Assembly (NCBI GenBank): GCA_010093815.1
Contig: ML996566.1
From: Pseudovirgaria hyperparasitica
Taxonomy: Eukaryota
Direction: 5' to 3' (one strand)
DNA length: 64,000 bases
Shown here: piece after piece, positions 24,701 through 37,938 of the stretch
Position numbering within the stretch: the stretch's first letter is position 1
Layout: each line of letters begins with the position of its first letter
Program-made: the position numbers and the translations under genes
The notes under the pieces: generated by a model
Told to the model about the DNA's origin: nothing
What the model saw: only the letters and a program-made list of their open reading frames with translations
The model's database searches: none

Positions 24701-27700
24701 GTCTTTATTTGTTCTAGTTTTATTGTCTTTGGTTTTTTTAATTTCGACTGTCCGAGTACCTAAGAACTACTACCATTGACTAACACCAACATCACCACAA
24801 CAACACCCACTACCAACCGTCCCCATGTTCGCGCACATATTCCCAATAGACATCATCAATCCCTCATCCCTACTCTCGCAAATCTTAACTCAACGGCCGA
24901 ATGCAGGCATACCCACCTACACTCATTCACTCTCTCACGCAACATACATCCATGTCAGCCAAAAAGCCAAGAAAGTCATTCTTCCACAACGCCTCAGCCC
25001 ATCCTCGCACAGAGGGGTCCAGGTTCCTTCCTCTCTCTGCCCCAAAGCGCTACCAAAGCTCTACCAAAGCTCTACCGCACCGTACCGTACCGTGATCTCT
25101 CTACGTGCGTACGCACGTACACACACAAACGCCTCGTACCACTAATACACGCCGCCACAAGCCCGTACAGGACAGTGCAACTATTCTGGTCATTTCGCCA
25201 TGCCGCCATAATAAGCCATGCAGCCTTTTCAGCCACCCGCACCACTACTACTAGTAAGTAGCACCACCAGCGCTAGCACAAACCGTCCAGCCACGTGGCT
25301 AGAGTCTATAATAAGCATGCCCGTGTGTGCATCATCATCACTAAGGGCACGGCCACGGCCACGGGGGCGCGTGTGGTCAGTAAGCTCTTGCGTGTTTTGG
25401 CCTTTTAGCTTTCTTGGGCTTGGTCGAGGTAGATGGACAGATATGTAAATAAATAAACAAACAAATAAACAGAGAACAAACTGAAGGGTAGAAGGAGGGA
25501 AGGTAGAGGGGAATGAACGGATGAATTAAACAAAGGAATGAATAAATAAGTAAGTAAATAAGTAATACAGAGCGAATGAACGAATGAAGAAAAAAGCGAT
25601 AATAGTGATAATATTCTATTCGCCAAAGTCCTCCGCAAGCAAGTCCCTTCCTACAACCACACATACACCCAAGGCAACGCACATAGCATAGTTACAGTTA
25701 CATTCTCAAATTCACCTAGTACATGCCTTTCATCTTTTCATCCATCCATCCATCCATCCCATGCCACCACCTAGCTATCAATCGATCCATCCCACCCACA
25801 TACATACCTCCCTACCCCACCTACACACCCCCAAGAAAGTCTAATTAACAACCAGAAGCCCTTAATCATCACCACCATCAACCCAGCACCCTCCATTAAT
25901 CTGACTCTAACATGATTAGATACAAAGCCAAGACGAAAAGTAAGACAAAGCGGGGGCGCGGGGAGGGGTAGGTAGGCAGGCGTGTGGGCGGGCGCGCATT
26001 CACATCAAACCCACACATAGACCCCCCCCAAAAATGTGGAAATTAAACACCACCGTAGAATACTACACACATACCACAGAACAACGAACAAACGAACAGA
26101 GAACAACCCTGTTCTTTTAATAGCCAGAAACCAAACTATCAGCCAGACCAGCCAAACCAGCCAGCCAAGCAAAACTAATCTAACGGCCGAGAAACAAAAA
26201 ACAGCCCTTTTCCCCTCAAGCCTCAAGGGTCTGTCTGTCCGTCTCGCTCAACGTCTTGTAACTAATTAATTAACTAACCAACTAGCGGGAAAGGTTATCT
26301 GCCCACGTCCTCCCTTCATCCTTCATACATACACAGTCTTCCATACATCCCTTCCCTTCCATCCCAACTAAATTACCTACACTAATTACATGCAAACACA
26401 CCAACACGCTCAACATTAAACCTCCCAACGTAGAAGAAACATGGAACCGTAAATACCAAGCGTCCCAAGACCTTCTAGAACGTACGTACCTTTGGGCGCC
26501 CGAGTTTTTGTCGCGGCTGTGGTGGTACTTGCTCTGTTCTACTTGCCCTACGTACTTACCTACCCACCAACTCTGTTATACTAGATCAACACACTGCACT
26601 GCACTGCACTGCACCGCAATGATGACAAGTATATTTATAAACTGAGAGTTTGATAAGAGTGGATGGAGTGGTGGATCCATGGCACGTGAGACTTGCTGGC
26701 ACGTGAGGCCGGAGCGCTGCCCGGTAAGGTAGGTACAGTACAGTACGGTGCAGTAGGTAGTAAAATTACGCACCTGCCCGCCAAGCCAAGCCAGCCACAA
26801 CACTCTCTGCCTAAGGCAGCAAAAACCGCGTTCTAGCGTGTCCTCCTATAACCGCGAGTAGGCTGTGACGGTCGATATCGGAGAGGGAGGGAGAGAGGAA
26901 GGGGGACACAATGTAGGAAGTGCATGATGATCACGGCTACTTTAGCTAGCTAGCTAATCAGCGACAGTCCAAAGCGACACACCCTCCTTCCTCCTCCCTC
27001 TCTAGCAATATCGTCCAAAGAAGGGCGTTACAGTAGCATTTTGATAGCATTTCGCAGCAGCAAGGAGAGAGAGAGAGAGGGGGGGGGGGAAGAGCCTGGA
27101 GAGGTAAGCAAGGAGGTTTTGCGGCGGCGACGGTAGAGACTAGAGATTAGAATTGGGGGGGAGAAAAGCTACCCTACCCTACCCTATCCTACTCATCACA
27201 TTCATTCATGAAGAGGAGAATGAGGAGCGACAACAAACCAAGTCAAGCCAAGCCAAGCTCCAGCCACGACATTTCCAACCACCTACAACATAGCGGCAGC
27301 AAAGAAGCAAAAAAAACAAAAACAAAAGCAAATAAACACCAAGAAAAAGCAAAACACCATCCGACAGAAGGAGTTTCGCTATCACAAAGCACGGTGTTCC
27401 AATAAGGTAATCATCATATCATCAATTCATCATCACAAAACAAACACTACGAAACCCAAGTGAAGACTAAACCAAATCTGTCTTAATTACGACCTATCCT
27501 ATTCCTACCGATGTTTGTTGTAATAGCAACAAAAGTTGCCAAGGTAAATAATAAGTGCCAGCAAGCCAGCCAGGGCCCCCGGCCAGCAACGGCAGGTTCC
27601 GAGTCTTGGCATGTTTTGAGCAGAGAGCCAGACAGACAGACAGATGAGAGCACTGTTGTGAAAAAAAAGTGTGTATGAGAGAGTACGTGCGTATGTTTGT

Positions 27701-30700
27701 GCGTGCGTGTGCTCTGTGTGCGTGCGTGCCTGTGTGCGTGCGTCCTGTGTTACTAGCTATACTAAATATGTACTGTGCATGTGCGAGAGAACTGTGTTAT
27801 CCGTTTTGGGCATACCTTACGCGCACGTTGCGCCAAGGAGCAAGGCTCTTACGCGCCGCCCCTCTGCACCCCTGGCCCGCTGGAGCAGATCACAGGATGG
27901 TACAAGGGGGGGAAGAGAGGAAAACGCGGCTCGCTGGTATGGGGTCGACGAGAGCGGGAGCGAGGGAGGGGGGGGTGTTGACCACGGTGACATTCATAGC
28001 CAAACTGGAAGAAAAAATAAACCGCACCGCACAGTGCACATTAGTGTTATTGTTGTCGATATTTCGCAACAATGTCCCAAATAGAGGAATGCATTTGGGC
28101 TGGGCCGGGCCGTATTGGGGCCAGACAAAAGGGGCTAACTATGGAACTGCAGTGCGTGTGTATGTGTGTGTATTTTGGGCGAGAAGAGTGATACAGATGA
28201 TGCATCTGATAGGAGAGAGAGGGAGAGAGGGAGTCGAGAGAGTGTGTCGTATTCCCCGTTTATTGAATTGTCCGGTTTATCAGCGTCGTCACCAACGGAG
28301 CCAGCTCCTTGGGGCTAATTAGTTTTGCAAGCCCTTTGTCTGCCCCCGAGTAATGAAAGAAAGATCTGCGGCGGCGGGTCACGGAGCCCGCTCCTTGGAT
28401 TGTGTACGTACTATGTAAGAAGACTCGAGTCAAAGGCGCGGCATGGCTACCCGCTGTCGACTAAGAGCCCTGTGCATGGCCATGCAGGAGGGAGGCTAAG
28501 CTGCATCATAGCCCATGGCTTGGACCGACGGCAACAAGACTCCCTGTTTTAATAAAGTTAGTTGATCGTTGATCTGGGGAGGGCACTACGATAATGGGCA
28601 ATACAGTAGACTGCACACACATTCCACCTTGTCTGCTGCTGCCCCCGTGCGGGGGACAGCGGGTGGGAGAGGAGCCAGGAGGGTGACAGGATCAGCTGGT
28701 ATTGCTACCCTGGCCGTCCATGGACTGACTCATGGGGCGTGCGGGCCGAGTAGGCGAAGAAACATGGAGCCAAATAGGCCTGCTTCTTTACTACTGTCCG
28801 TCCCTGATTCCTAGAACATGCCTGAGATCTACGGCGCAGCTATGATGCATCATGCAATTGTGGATGGAACTGTTTCACACTGGTCGGCACTGGGCACTGG
28901 ACATCGTAGTCGCAGACTGTGCACGTTTCGCAGTGGCGAGCGACCATTGCATATGTTCATGCAATGGATCTGAAAAGACACGAAAGAGATGTGAGGTGTG
29001 CTCCTCCAGAATGAGCCATTGTTGTTAGGCAGGATGATCGCCAAAGAGGTTGCCATGTCTTGTGGAGTCAGTTGGCATTAAGGTTTTGACATACGCAACG
29101 GTTGCTGGGCAAAAGCCACGAGTCCGCGAAGCTTGGTACAACTGTTGAGATGATGATGTAAACTATCGACGGATATCACTGCCGCGTAGACCATGCAAAC
29201 ACAACGTGATGCTGGCTGGGCATCCATCCAAGGAGTCTAATAATTTCGCGGTTAATCAACATACCCATGACCACTTACCGTAATGGCAGCCCAAAGCTCT
29301 CACTGATCCTTTCTAGCTTTCTCAACAACGCACGCCCCTTTTTGGATATCGGATCGTGTCTTGGACCTGGTTCCTGAGTCAATTTTCCGATGAAATAGGG
29401 GAGCGCTGGAAGCTAAGGATGGATCACAATGCCAATGCCAATGCCAATACCAATACTAATGCCAATACCATTAGTTGCCAGACGGTTCGGCGAGTCGGCA
29501 CGATGGTCCGGATTGAGCGGATGGTGAGACTGCATGATGCCTGTCTATAAGGCAGCTTGCCTTCACATGGAGCGAGGACCAGCGCATGCAAGTCTCTTGG
29601 GAGTCGGGCTCACAGCACCTTGGAAGACAATCCAGATCATTGTCCCAAGCTATGTCAATCTGAAGCACTGGAAGTGAGAATAGATAGCCCAAGCAGAAAA
29701 CGCGGCAGATCCCATATGGCAAGTGTGGCGGGTCTGAAAGCTAATGCTAGAGGCGGTCTTGAATTCTAGTGACTCTGGTCTGGCAGAAGAGAGGTACGAG
29801 CAGAGCCGAAGAGGGGAAAGGACCGTTAAAGGATGCAGACGGGCCGTTTGAAGGAGGAGTTTTTGAAGATAGCGTAGGAGGGACTGCTCGATAGGTCGGC
29901 GACGGGCCACACATAGTAAGCGTGCCGGAGTTTGTTGGATGCATTGTCTCTCTGAAAGATGCAGGGTGGATGAGTCCGGCAATTCTTGAGGTCGTTTTGT
30001 AGGGGACACCCTTGTGAATGGTACTGCGATGAACCCGGTCGAGGAGGCAGCTTGGCGGATGCGCGTCATGGAAGTCGATGAAGAATCTGCTGGTGATAGA
30101 CCGTGCGCGCTATGAGAAAGTTTGCACGTACATGAGCGAGCGCATTATTGAATCCGCGAGAAAATCGAGACTAGCGACAGAAGACGAGAGATGGGCGCGT
30201 AGCTTAGTTTGCAAGGGATACGAGTCGAGTGAGGACGAGTAGGAGGATGAGGATGAGAATGAGGATGTACAGGTGAGAGAGTTGAGGATGAGGATGAGAA
30301 AGAGGAAGACGGACGTGGTTGCAACAGGGAGGGAAATGCCAAGGCCGGGTTAAGACCTCCGACGGGGCCAAACGGGAGTCCGTGATCAGGACTGCGGAGG
30401 TGGGGCCTGCCCCATGACTGAGCATACGCAGCTTTTCCAGCGAGCTATGCGCCGCCGGACAGCCTGTTTTGCGGCTGCGTCTGCCTCGCCCCCCTTACGC
30501 CCCCAGCAATAGCATACACTTCACTGTTTACCTATCATTTTGCCTGTCCGCCCCCGCCTCCACGCCGTCTCGTGTCTCCCGTCTCTTGTCTCTGCGCCCC
30601 TCAGTAGTCAAGGACCAGGCTTGCGATGATAACTGTTGCACGTTGTAGAGCCACTGACGATGCTTGTAATGCCACCCATCATACAGTATTACTATACACT

Positions 30701-31457
30701 TACCACCATCTGCTGCCGTGGTTCGCTGCTGAAACGCGACATCTGCCTTGCTTGCATTTGCCGTCTTCGTCATGGTGCAGATGAAACAGAATCGAAGTTT
30801 CGAAGCCTTGATGGCGCAGCACCGATCCTCACTTCTCACCCACCGCCTGTGGCCACGGTATGTCTTCCTGAGGCGGGATGAAGGGGCACCGTGCGTGGCC
30901 AGCTACGTACGAATGCGAGCGAATGAGTAGATACAAGGACAAGAGAGACAACTAAAGAGAGTGAAAGCGAGACAGAGAGAGAGTCAGAGCACGGGCTATT
31001 AAAAGAACAAGCCATCTGGTATAAGCTTTGAGCCTTGAGCTATGGCCTAAAACATCTACATACACTCTACAATGTATACCAACCAGTCCCCTTCCAGACA
31101 AACACAAACCAACCGCGAAACATTATGTAGCAGCCTCGATACAGCATAGACGTACAACTTTTTGAAGTCGAACAGCGAGGCCAGTGTAGAATATTAGTAT
31201 AGTGACAACATGCCAGAGCGAGAGCCCCCCCTCCCGAAAAAACACCCTCCAGTACCCACAAGTGTCCTAGCGTCGCACTGCCCCTGCCGGAAGCCCCGGA
31301 GACGGATCGGTGCGCAAGACGACGTTCGCACACCGCGTTCGTCGACATGCATGCATTGGTGAAACAGTTCAGAGAGGAACAAAAAAAACGGCTCTTGATG
31401 CTTGTCCGGCATCTTCTCCCCCCCAGAGCCCCAGAAGAAGAGTCTGCAGCGGCATCG

Positions 31458-32273
31458 TCATCGTCGGACCGCTGCTCGTTTGCCCAGAACTGCCGATGCA
31501 CCCATCATCGCCGCCTGCTTCCTCAGTTCCGAGTTTTCCTCTTTGAGTAGGTCCCGTTCCGACTCAAGACCTTGGATGTACTTGATGGCGCTGGCAAGTA
31601 CTGTTGCTTTGCTGGGCTTTGGTGCCGAACTGCCCTCCTCCGGGCTAGGCTGTGGTAGAATCGGAATTGCTAGCCGTAGCCGGTCGAGTTCGGCGTTCAG
31701 CCCTTGTCGGTACTTCCTCTCCACTTGGTTGTGTGGGAGACGAGCACGACGAGGCCTGGAGCTGGTTGGGTCAAAGTTCTCGTCGTCTGGGGAAGGGAGC
31801 CGTGGGCGCCCTCGGCGGCGAAGGAGGCGCTTTGCCGGTGGTGATTCACTGGGAGAGTCTGATGATTTGAGGATAGATGCTGTAGGAACCGTTGAGAGCA
31901 GATCCTGAGAGCCGCTGGACAGGCTGCTGGATCCTGCACATGAACTGAGTGTTGGTGATGGTGACGTCGGCCTGTTGAAGTTGAACGTCGGGGTCGTAGG
32001 GTCTGACTTGATGATGGGCACTTTTGCTGCTGTCGGTTCACTTGGGTAGGTATAGGCCGCTGGTGCTTCAAAAGTAGGCTTGTGGATAGGGTTCGGATAG
32101 TTCATCGGCGTAAAGGGGATATCTGACTTGAACATGGGGCTTTTTCCGTCTGTGGATTCTTGGAGGTAGTCCATCGGCTGGACCTCCAATTCCCCGTATT
32201 GTTGATTGTATACACCATATGAGTTCCAGGGATACCCGAATGAGCTGCTGTAATAAGTCCACTCAGGACTCAT
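31458..32273 (-). CDS. bHLH-zipper transcription factor, SREBP-like (Tyr in basic region), no TM segments
   Basis: RRARLPHNQVERKYRQGLNAELDRLRLAIP...KPSKATVLASAIKYIQGLE + zipper; AT-hook-like RRRGRPR; start taken at MSPEW. Confidence 0.88.
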   Translation of the reverse strand: MSPEWTYYSSSFGYPWNSYGVYNQQYGELEVQPMDYLQESTDGKSPMFKSDIPFTPMNYPNPIHKPTFEAPAAYTYPSEPTAAKVPIIKSDPTTPTFNFNRPTSPSPTLSSCAGSSSLSSGSQDLLSTVPTASILKSSDSPSESPPAKRLLRRRGRPRLPSPDDENFDPTSSRPRRARLPHNQVERKYRQGLNAELDRLRLAIPILPQPSPEEGSSAPKPSKATVLASAIKYIQGLESERDLLKEENSELRKQAAMMGASAVLGKRAAVRR

Positions 32274-34474
32274 CGTGAAGTAGGTCTCGAAAATCTCGAG
32301 TGATTGCCTCCCTTTGTGGTGGATGAGAGCAAACTCTAGGGTGATAGGATGAAGGACCGAAGTAGTACTGTGCAAGTGCCTGGAGTGGATAGAAACTTTT
32401 TCAAAAGTGTCGGAGTGGATGAGATAGACAACAGAGTGAGTATATACTCGAGTGAAGGTAAACAAGTTCTTCGGAGGTTTGACTGTAAAAAACGGGGAAA
32501 CTAATGACAAACGAGTGCGATCTCCGCTCCTATATACTTCCAAGAGCAGACGGGAGATCCGCTCGTGCGTATTGAGCAGTAGACTTGCATGGATCCGAGG
32601 GCTTGTGGGAATGGTGAGCCCCGGCTCTCTCACAACTCACGTTACGGTTCAAAGATGATCCCGGACTTCTGCAACTCACCAGGCCCGGATTCTTGGGAAA
32701 TGAGGTAGACTCATTAGCACTGAACGTGTTTATCCGCAAAGACTGCTAAGACCATCATCGCTTGGGGCGCAACACTCGCAGGCCTGGCAAGTACCCCAAA
32801 GGCAGTTGTTCCCTCATGGCGGATGCGGACGCTGCTCGTGTTGACGTGTTCCTCGTCGCTCCGCCCTCGATCTGCACGGTGATGGCAGGTCCAGGTCGAG
32901 ATCTCGAGCGTCAAGTTCGAGCACCTATCCCTGCGCGCAAAGGTTTGCCGTTGCTTGGGGCCCAATTAGCAATTGGCAACTGGCAATGCACAGGTTGCGC
33001 AACGGACCGAAAGCAAACAGCGCGAGCCCCCATTTGGAGCAACAGGGCTTGCAAGGAGCAGCATGGCCAACTTTCTCGCAGCACACTCCGCCTCATTGGT
33101 GCCCAAGATACAGCAACCTTGCCAAACGTCCTGTCTCTCTACCTAGCAGGGAGAACAGGCCAGGAGCCAGGACCGGGTGAGGACTAGACAAAACGGACAA
33201 GGTTACGACCACGAGCGAGAGCAGAAGAAGAGTAGTAGTAGAGTGGTGGAGCAGTGGAGCAAAGTAGTCCAGGACCCAGAAATAGGGGCGCACAGACTGG
33301 TGCAAGTCAAAAGATGGGCGGCCTACCATGACACCCATGCAGCCGTTGAGAAGTGACAGTGATGTTTGGAGTACAGTGCAGACACTAGAACATCCTACTG
33401 ACTCTGCAGAAAGTCCGGGGGAGAGATATTGGAGGCGTGCGGTCAAATTAGAGACGCAAGTTGAACGTTGTTGTCTCCTCCACTTGGGCTCAACGGCTGG
33501 ACCGCCGCGCACTACCGGCAGGAGACCAACCTTTCCCCCTTGGGTTCGTCGATGCGTTAAGCTATATGCCGAACATTCAAGCATTTTCCTGTCGTGAATG
33601 CATGCATCAGCTGCATTGTTGCAGGCTGTCGTCCTTTGTTGTTTGATGCACGTATTGGCATGCCTCCTTCTCTGCGCACTGCATCCGATGGTTGATTATA
33701 GTCGGCATCCCGGTCTAGCAATGCTTGGCCTCGTATTCTCTCCTGGTCTTCCCTCCACGCCCCCTTGACTACCCCCCTACCCCCCCTACCCCCCCCTTCA
33801 ATCATCCATCATCCCGCCAGAATCGACTGCCCTAGACTCCTGTGCCTTGAGCAAGGAGGAAAAGATTGCCGTCTTTCCATACAGCTTGTCTGCTGCGGTC
33901 GAATACGCGGCTCTCTGGCGCCAAACAGCCAAGCCCTTGTATACACGCACGTGGTGGCTTCGTACTTCGTTCGCATCCAAGAGCGAGTCTGCCGCCAAGA
34001 TGCCTCTCACTGGACGACGATCCCAAGGCCTCCTCGTCATCACGCCAAGCTCGACTCACTAGATAGTAGATAGCCGTTGGCTTTGTTGACTGACTGTGCG
34101 AGAACGACGCGCTACCAAGCCATCGCGAGTCTCTGTTCCTGTCACTGTCACAAGACTAGCATCTGCTGTGTGCGAGGCCATTATTCGGACCGTCATGGTG
34201 TTAGCCGAAGGGCGGACAGCGCATCAAGTAATTATACGACGATTCACGACACGATCGCCGCTCATGGATATCGACAGGGTCTACGCAAGTGCGGCGGCAT
34301 GGCCATCTCCTAATGACTTCTTGCTCGTCAATGCTCCGTCACAACGAGGTCTTTGCCAGTGTCCGGCCGACTTCGGAGTGCGCAACGTGCGGTGATCTTC
34401 ACAGTTCATCGATGTAAACAAGAATATATTGATCTGGTGCAAGGAGCATGCTTGAACCTGCGCTGCCAACATTT

Positions 34475-36958
34475 TCACTGCTTCCGGCGCTTGGAAGGGC
34501 CTGCGCCTTCATCTTCTGCGCCGACCTCCTCACCATCCCGTGTCCTTTCCGCACTACGCCAATTGCTCACGGCCTGTTGTGTGGCTTCAAACATGTCTCG
34601 AGCATCCTGTACTACACCATCCTCCCCAGTATTGAACATGACCGCATTGGCAAACATCCGCATCAATTCGCGTTCAAGTTGCGCTGAATTGACTATCGCT
34701 TTCGGGGGCATCACTTCTGCGCTCACCGGGAGGAGCACGTTCCCACCACCGCCTCCGGGACTGCCAACTGATGGCGTATCCATCGATGCTGCCGCTGCTG
34801 CAACAACCTTTGAACCAACGTTGATCGCGGTTCGGATAGACTTCAAATCCTGAGGCCGCTTGATCATGTCCTTATATCCCGCTGCGTCCTTTTCCTTGAC
34901 CGGTGCACTGAATAGCGATGCGTACTTGTGAGATGTAATGTCATTCAACAGTGGCTGACTCATCTTGTGAAAATATCGCGGAGCCACAATTTGACGCGAC
35001 CCAGGAGAGCCGGGCTCCTCAGACTCTGCGGCCTCCGATTCTTCTTGAGCCTCACGCTTTCTTTTGGTTGATTTGGCTGATGTTGCCACGTTCCGATTTC
35101 GTCTCACCAGCCCACTGGCCGCACTCTCTATTCCAGGCATGACGTCCTCTAACATCCCCGGAGTACTCGGTTCGTGCTTCACTGCGTGTCCAATGTGACT
35201 CTCATCCACGGACATTGCATCCACGTGTGACACTGCTGACTGACTCCGTGTCCGACCTCGTACAGAACTCTCAACCGCAGATGAGGTCACACTTGCACCT
35301 CTTGGACGCCGACCGCGTCGTCGCGTACTCCGAATCGAGCGTGAGTCATCTTCTACTGTAGTTTCCACTGCTTTCGGTTTCACTTTTCGTGGCCGTCCCC
35401 GCGGCCTGGAACCAGGTACTGGGAATGCAGGTGGTGGAGCGAGGTCGTTGATGGGACTTACGCTCGGTGATCGAAGCGTTGCGACAGTAGGTAGATCCTT
35501 CTTCCACTTCGTCTCGCTACTGGGCGTATTCACCGCTGTCAACGGGCTTGGTCTTGCAGCGTTGGGACGCCACGTTTTCGAGCCTAGTATTCGAATGACT
35601 TCAGTGTAGTCCACTGTCTGGGTCGGCAAGCGACTAGGAACAGTCGAAGGCGTTCGGGGAAGCGTTTGTCTTGGTGGAAGAGGGCTCGCGGTAGTATCTT
35701 GTCGTTGCTGCTGTTGGAGCGGTGTTTGGGGGGTGACTTGGAATGGAGGGAGCATAACCCCTCCTTTCGATCCGGGTGGTTGACGTTGCTGGGTCGACGG
35801 TTGTGATGGATAAGCAGGAGGATGGTATTGAGGTGTACGCTGAGTTCCAGGTGGCTGCGTCACGGATGATGGTCCTCCAGCAGAGTGCCCAGCAGATCCT
35901 TGCGGTCCAGCATGTTGGGACGGCAGTGGGTAGATATATCGTGATGGTGAGGGAGAGAACGGTCGTTGTCCTTCGCCTGAATATGATGAAGGTTGGAGAT
36001 TATGCAGAGATTGTGCACTATGTGGTGGAGTTTGCGCGCTGAGACCTGGGGCATTGGCCAACTGTGTGCGTGTATTCTGAGAAATTCCTGACGGAGGTAC
36101 TGGTGTAACATAGGGTGATTGGTGCGTGACAGGAGGAGAGTATTGAGAGACAGGAGTCCTTGCAACAGGAGGGGAGCCCGCGGGAGCAATGTTCTGTGAC
36201 GTGGGGCGGCTTTGCGCAGCCTGGGCTGGGGCAGGACTTGAAGAGGCCTTTGTGTGAGGTGATATGTCTAAATTTCCAGCTGCTCGTCCGTTGTATTGAA
36301 CTGGTTGAGATCCATTACTGGACTGCAGTGGTCGAATGTAAGGAGGTGCACTTGAAGCGACTGGAGAATGCAATTTCAGAGCATTCGGTCGTTCACGCGC
36401 TGCCGACGGCTTCGTGGCAGATGAACTAGCCTCAGCCTTTGGTTTCGACGGTAGGCCATTCGTCGCTTCGATCTTCAGCTTGTGATCCCATTTCCCACTC
36501 TCAATCTCTTCCACCTCCTGCTTCAGCGTGCTCCATTTGCGCTCTTCGCGTCCGACCTCTTCTGCGATGCTCGAGCGATACCGATAGTAAAGCTTCTCGA
36601 CCAGTTTAGGTATCAGATCTGGATTTTGTGCGGCGTCTACTGCGGAAGGAAGACTTGGTATTGGAACTTTACGTTTCCTCGAATTCGGATGGTCGCCGTT
36701 CGTTACTCCTATGTCTGATGTATGGCCTTCATCGGCATTGATCGCTCCCTCATCTTCAACAAGCGTCTGATAAAGGTCCCGTAGTGCGTCTGGGCTAAGT
36801 CGAGCTTCGTCATACTCCTTTGCGCTGCGGACGTAACGGTTCTTCTTCAGCAAGTCCGAGATCTTGCCAAAGACCGATCCTTCTACACCATGGATTCTCA
36901 GTGATTGGAATAGAAGCAAAGTTTCTAACGACGTGTAGGCTGAAAGACTGATATTCAT
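34475..36958 (-). CDS. Bromodomain protein, BRD8/Bdc1-like (NuA4/SWR1-associated candidate)
   Basis: N-terminal YTSLETLLLFQSL helical domain and coiled coil; Pro/Ser/Gln-rich middle; AT-hook RPRGRPRK; C-terminal bromodomain LFSAPVKEKDAAGYKDMIKRPQDL...MFANAVMFN. Confidence 0.85.
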   Translation of the reverse strand: MNISLSAYTSLETLLLFQSLRIHGVEGSVFGKISDLLKKNRYVRSAKEYDEARLSPDALRDLYQTLVEDEGAINADEGHTSDIGVTNGDHPNSRKRKVPIPSLPSAVDAAQNPDLIPKLVEKLYYRYRSSIAEEVGREERKWSTLKQEVEEIESGKWDHKLKIEATNGLPSKPKAEASSSATKPSAARERPNALKLHSPVASSAPPYIRPLQSSNGSQPVQYNGRAAGNLDISPHTKASSSPAPAQAAQSRPTSQNIAPAGSPPVARTPVSQYSPPVTHQSPYVTPVPPSGISQNTRTQLANAPGLSAQTPPHSAQSLHNLQPSSYSGEGQRPFSPSPSRYIYPLPSQHAGPQGSAGHSAGGPSSVTQPPGTQRTPQYHPPAYPSQPSTQQRQPPGSKGGVMLPPFQVTPQTPLQQQQRQDTTASPLPPRQTLPRTPSTVPSRLPTQTVDYTEVIRILGSKTWRPNAARPSPLTAVNTPSSETKWKKDLPTVATLRSPSVSPINDLAPPPAFPVPGSRPRGRPRKVKPKAVETTVEDDSRSIRSTRRRGRRPRGASVTSSAVESSVRGRTRSQSAVSHVDAMSVDESHIGHAVKHEPSTPGMLEDVMPGIESAASGLVRRNRNVATSAKSTKRKREAQEESEAAESEEPGSPGSRQIVAPRYFHKMSQPLLNDITSHKYASLFSAPVKEKDAAGYKDMIKRPQDLKSIRTAINVGSKVVAAAAASMDTPSVGSPGGGGGNVLLPVSAEVMPPKAIVNSAQLERELMRMFANAVMFNTGEDGVVQDARDMFEATQQAVSNWRSAERTRDGEEVGAEDEGAGPSKRRKQ

Positions 36959-37938
36959 TCCCCAATGTACGTCCAGCAAGCCAAGGGGACGATGGGAGAA
37001 TATGGTGGGCTGGATGGGAGCCAGCACGTCCAGCAGCTCACGTCGCGTTCACTTTGGAGAGGTCTGAGCATCAGACTGGTCGTAGATGTCGATATAGAGA
37101 TGGGCGGCCGACGGTGGAGATGAGCTCGCGTGAGAGTTGTGTGTTCGGTGATGAACAAGCTTGGTGTTGTGGTTTGCTTTGCGACTGTAGAACGAAGGAG
37201 CCAATGAGCGACAGAAGGGACGGCGAAATATCGGGGCTTGCAGCTGAGCATGTGACACAGGCCGATACGTCCTTAGCTCACTCCTTATCTGTTGTTTGGG
37301 CCAGGCAGGGCAAGAGGGATAGGGAGGCGCGACCACCCTAGTGCAGTTCGCGATTGCCCCAAGATTCAACAAAATAGTTGTTGTTAAGCCCGCTCCTGCC
37401 GCCCTTGTAAGTGTCAACATGAGATTGTTGTTGTCACAACAATGATAGAGATGTCATTAGGTAGAGATATCTAATTCGTATGGAAGGCCTGTCACATTAT
37501 GTTATGTCAGGCTGCACCTGTTCTAGCCCACAGTATTAGTGTCCCTGTCCGCTGTGTCATTCCATTCGACGACTGAGCATTCGACCCATGGAATGGATCT
37601 ATAGCTTCCCCGCCAGAGGGCCGATCGCATTCTTGCCTGTCCGAACCGAGCATACTAACCACCACCACATGTCCAACAGGCACAGGATACCTCCTTTTCA
37701 TTTCATACAGCCCACTACTGCCCAATCAGTTACCACTACCTTTCCCCTCTGTGCCAATCAACACGCTCCCGAGCGGGAGGATGCTCCCGTTCAGCTCTCC
37801 TGCCCCGAGTTCACTATAGCCATCATACCTATACACGCTGTGACCAAGACCTCCATCCCTCCTTAAAGTACTTGCATCGCCATCACAATTAGGGTGTCAC
37901 TGTTCGACAATTGTGTATTTTCCGAAGTTACCTTCACG

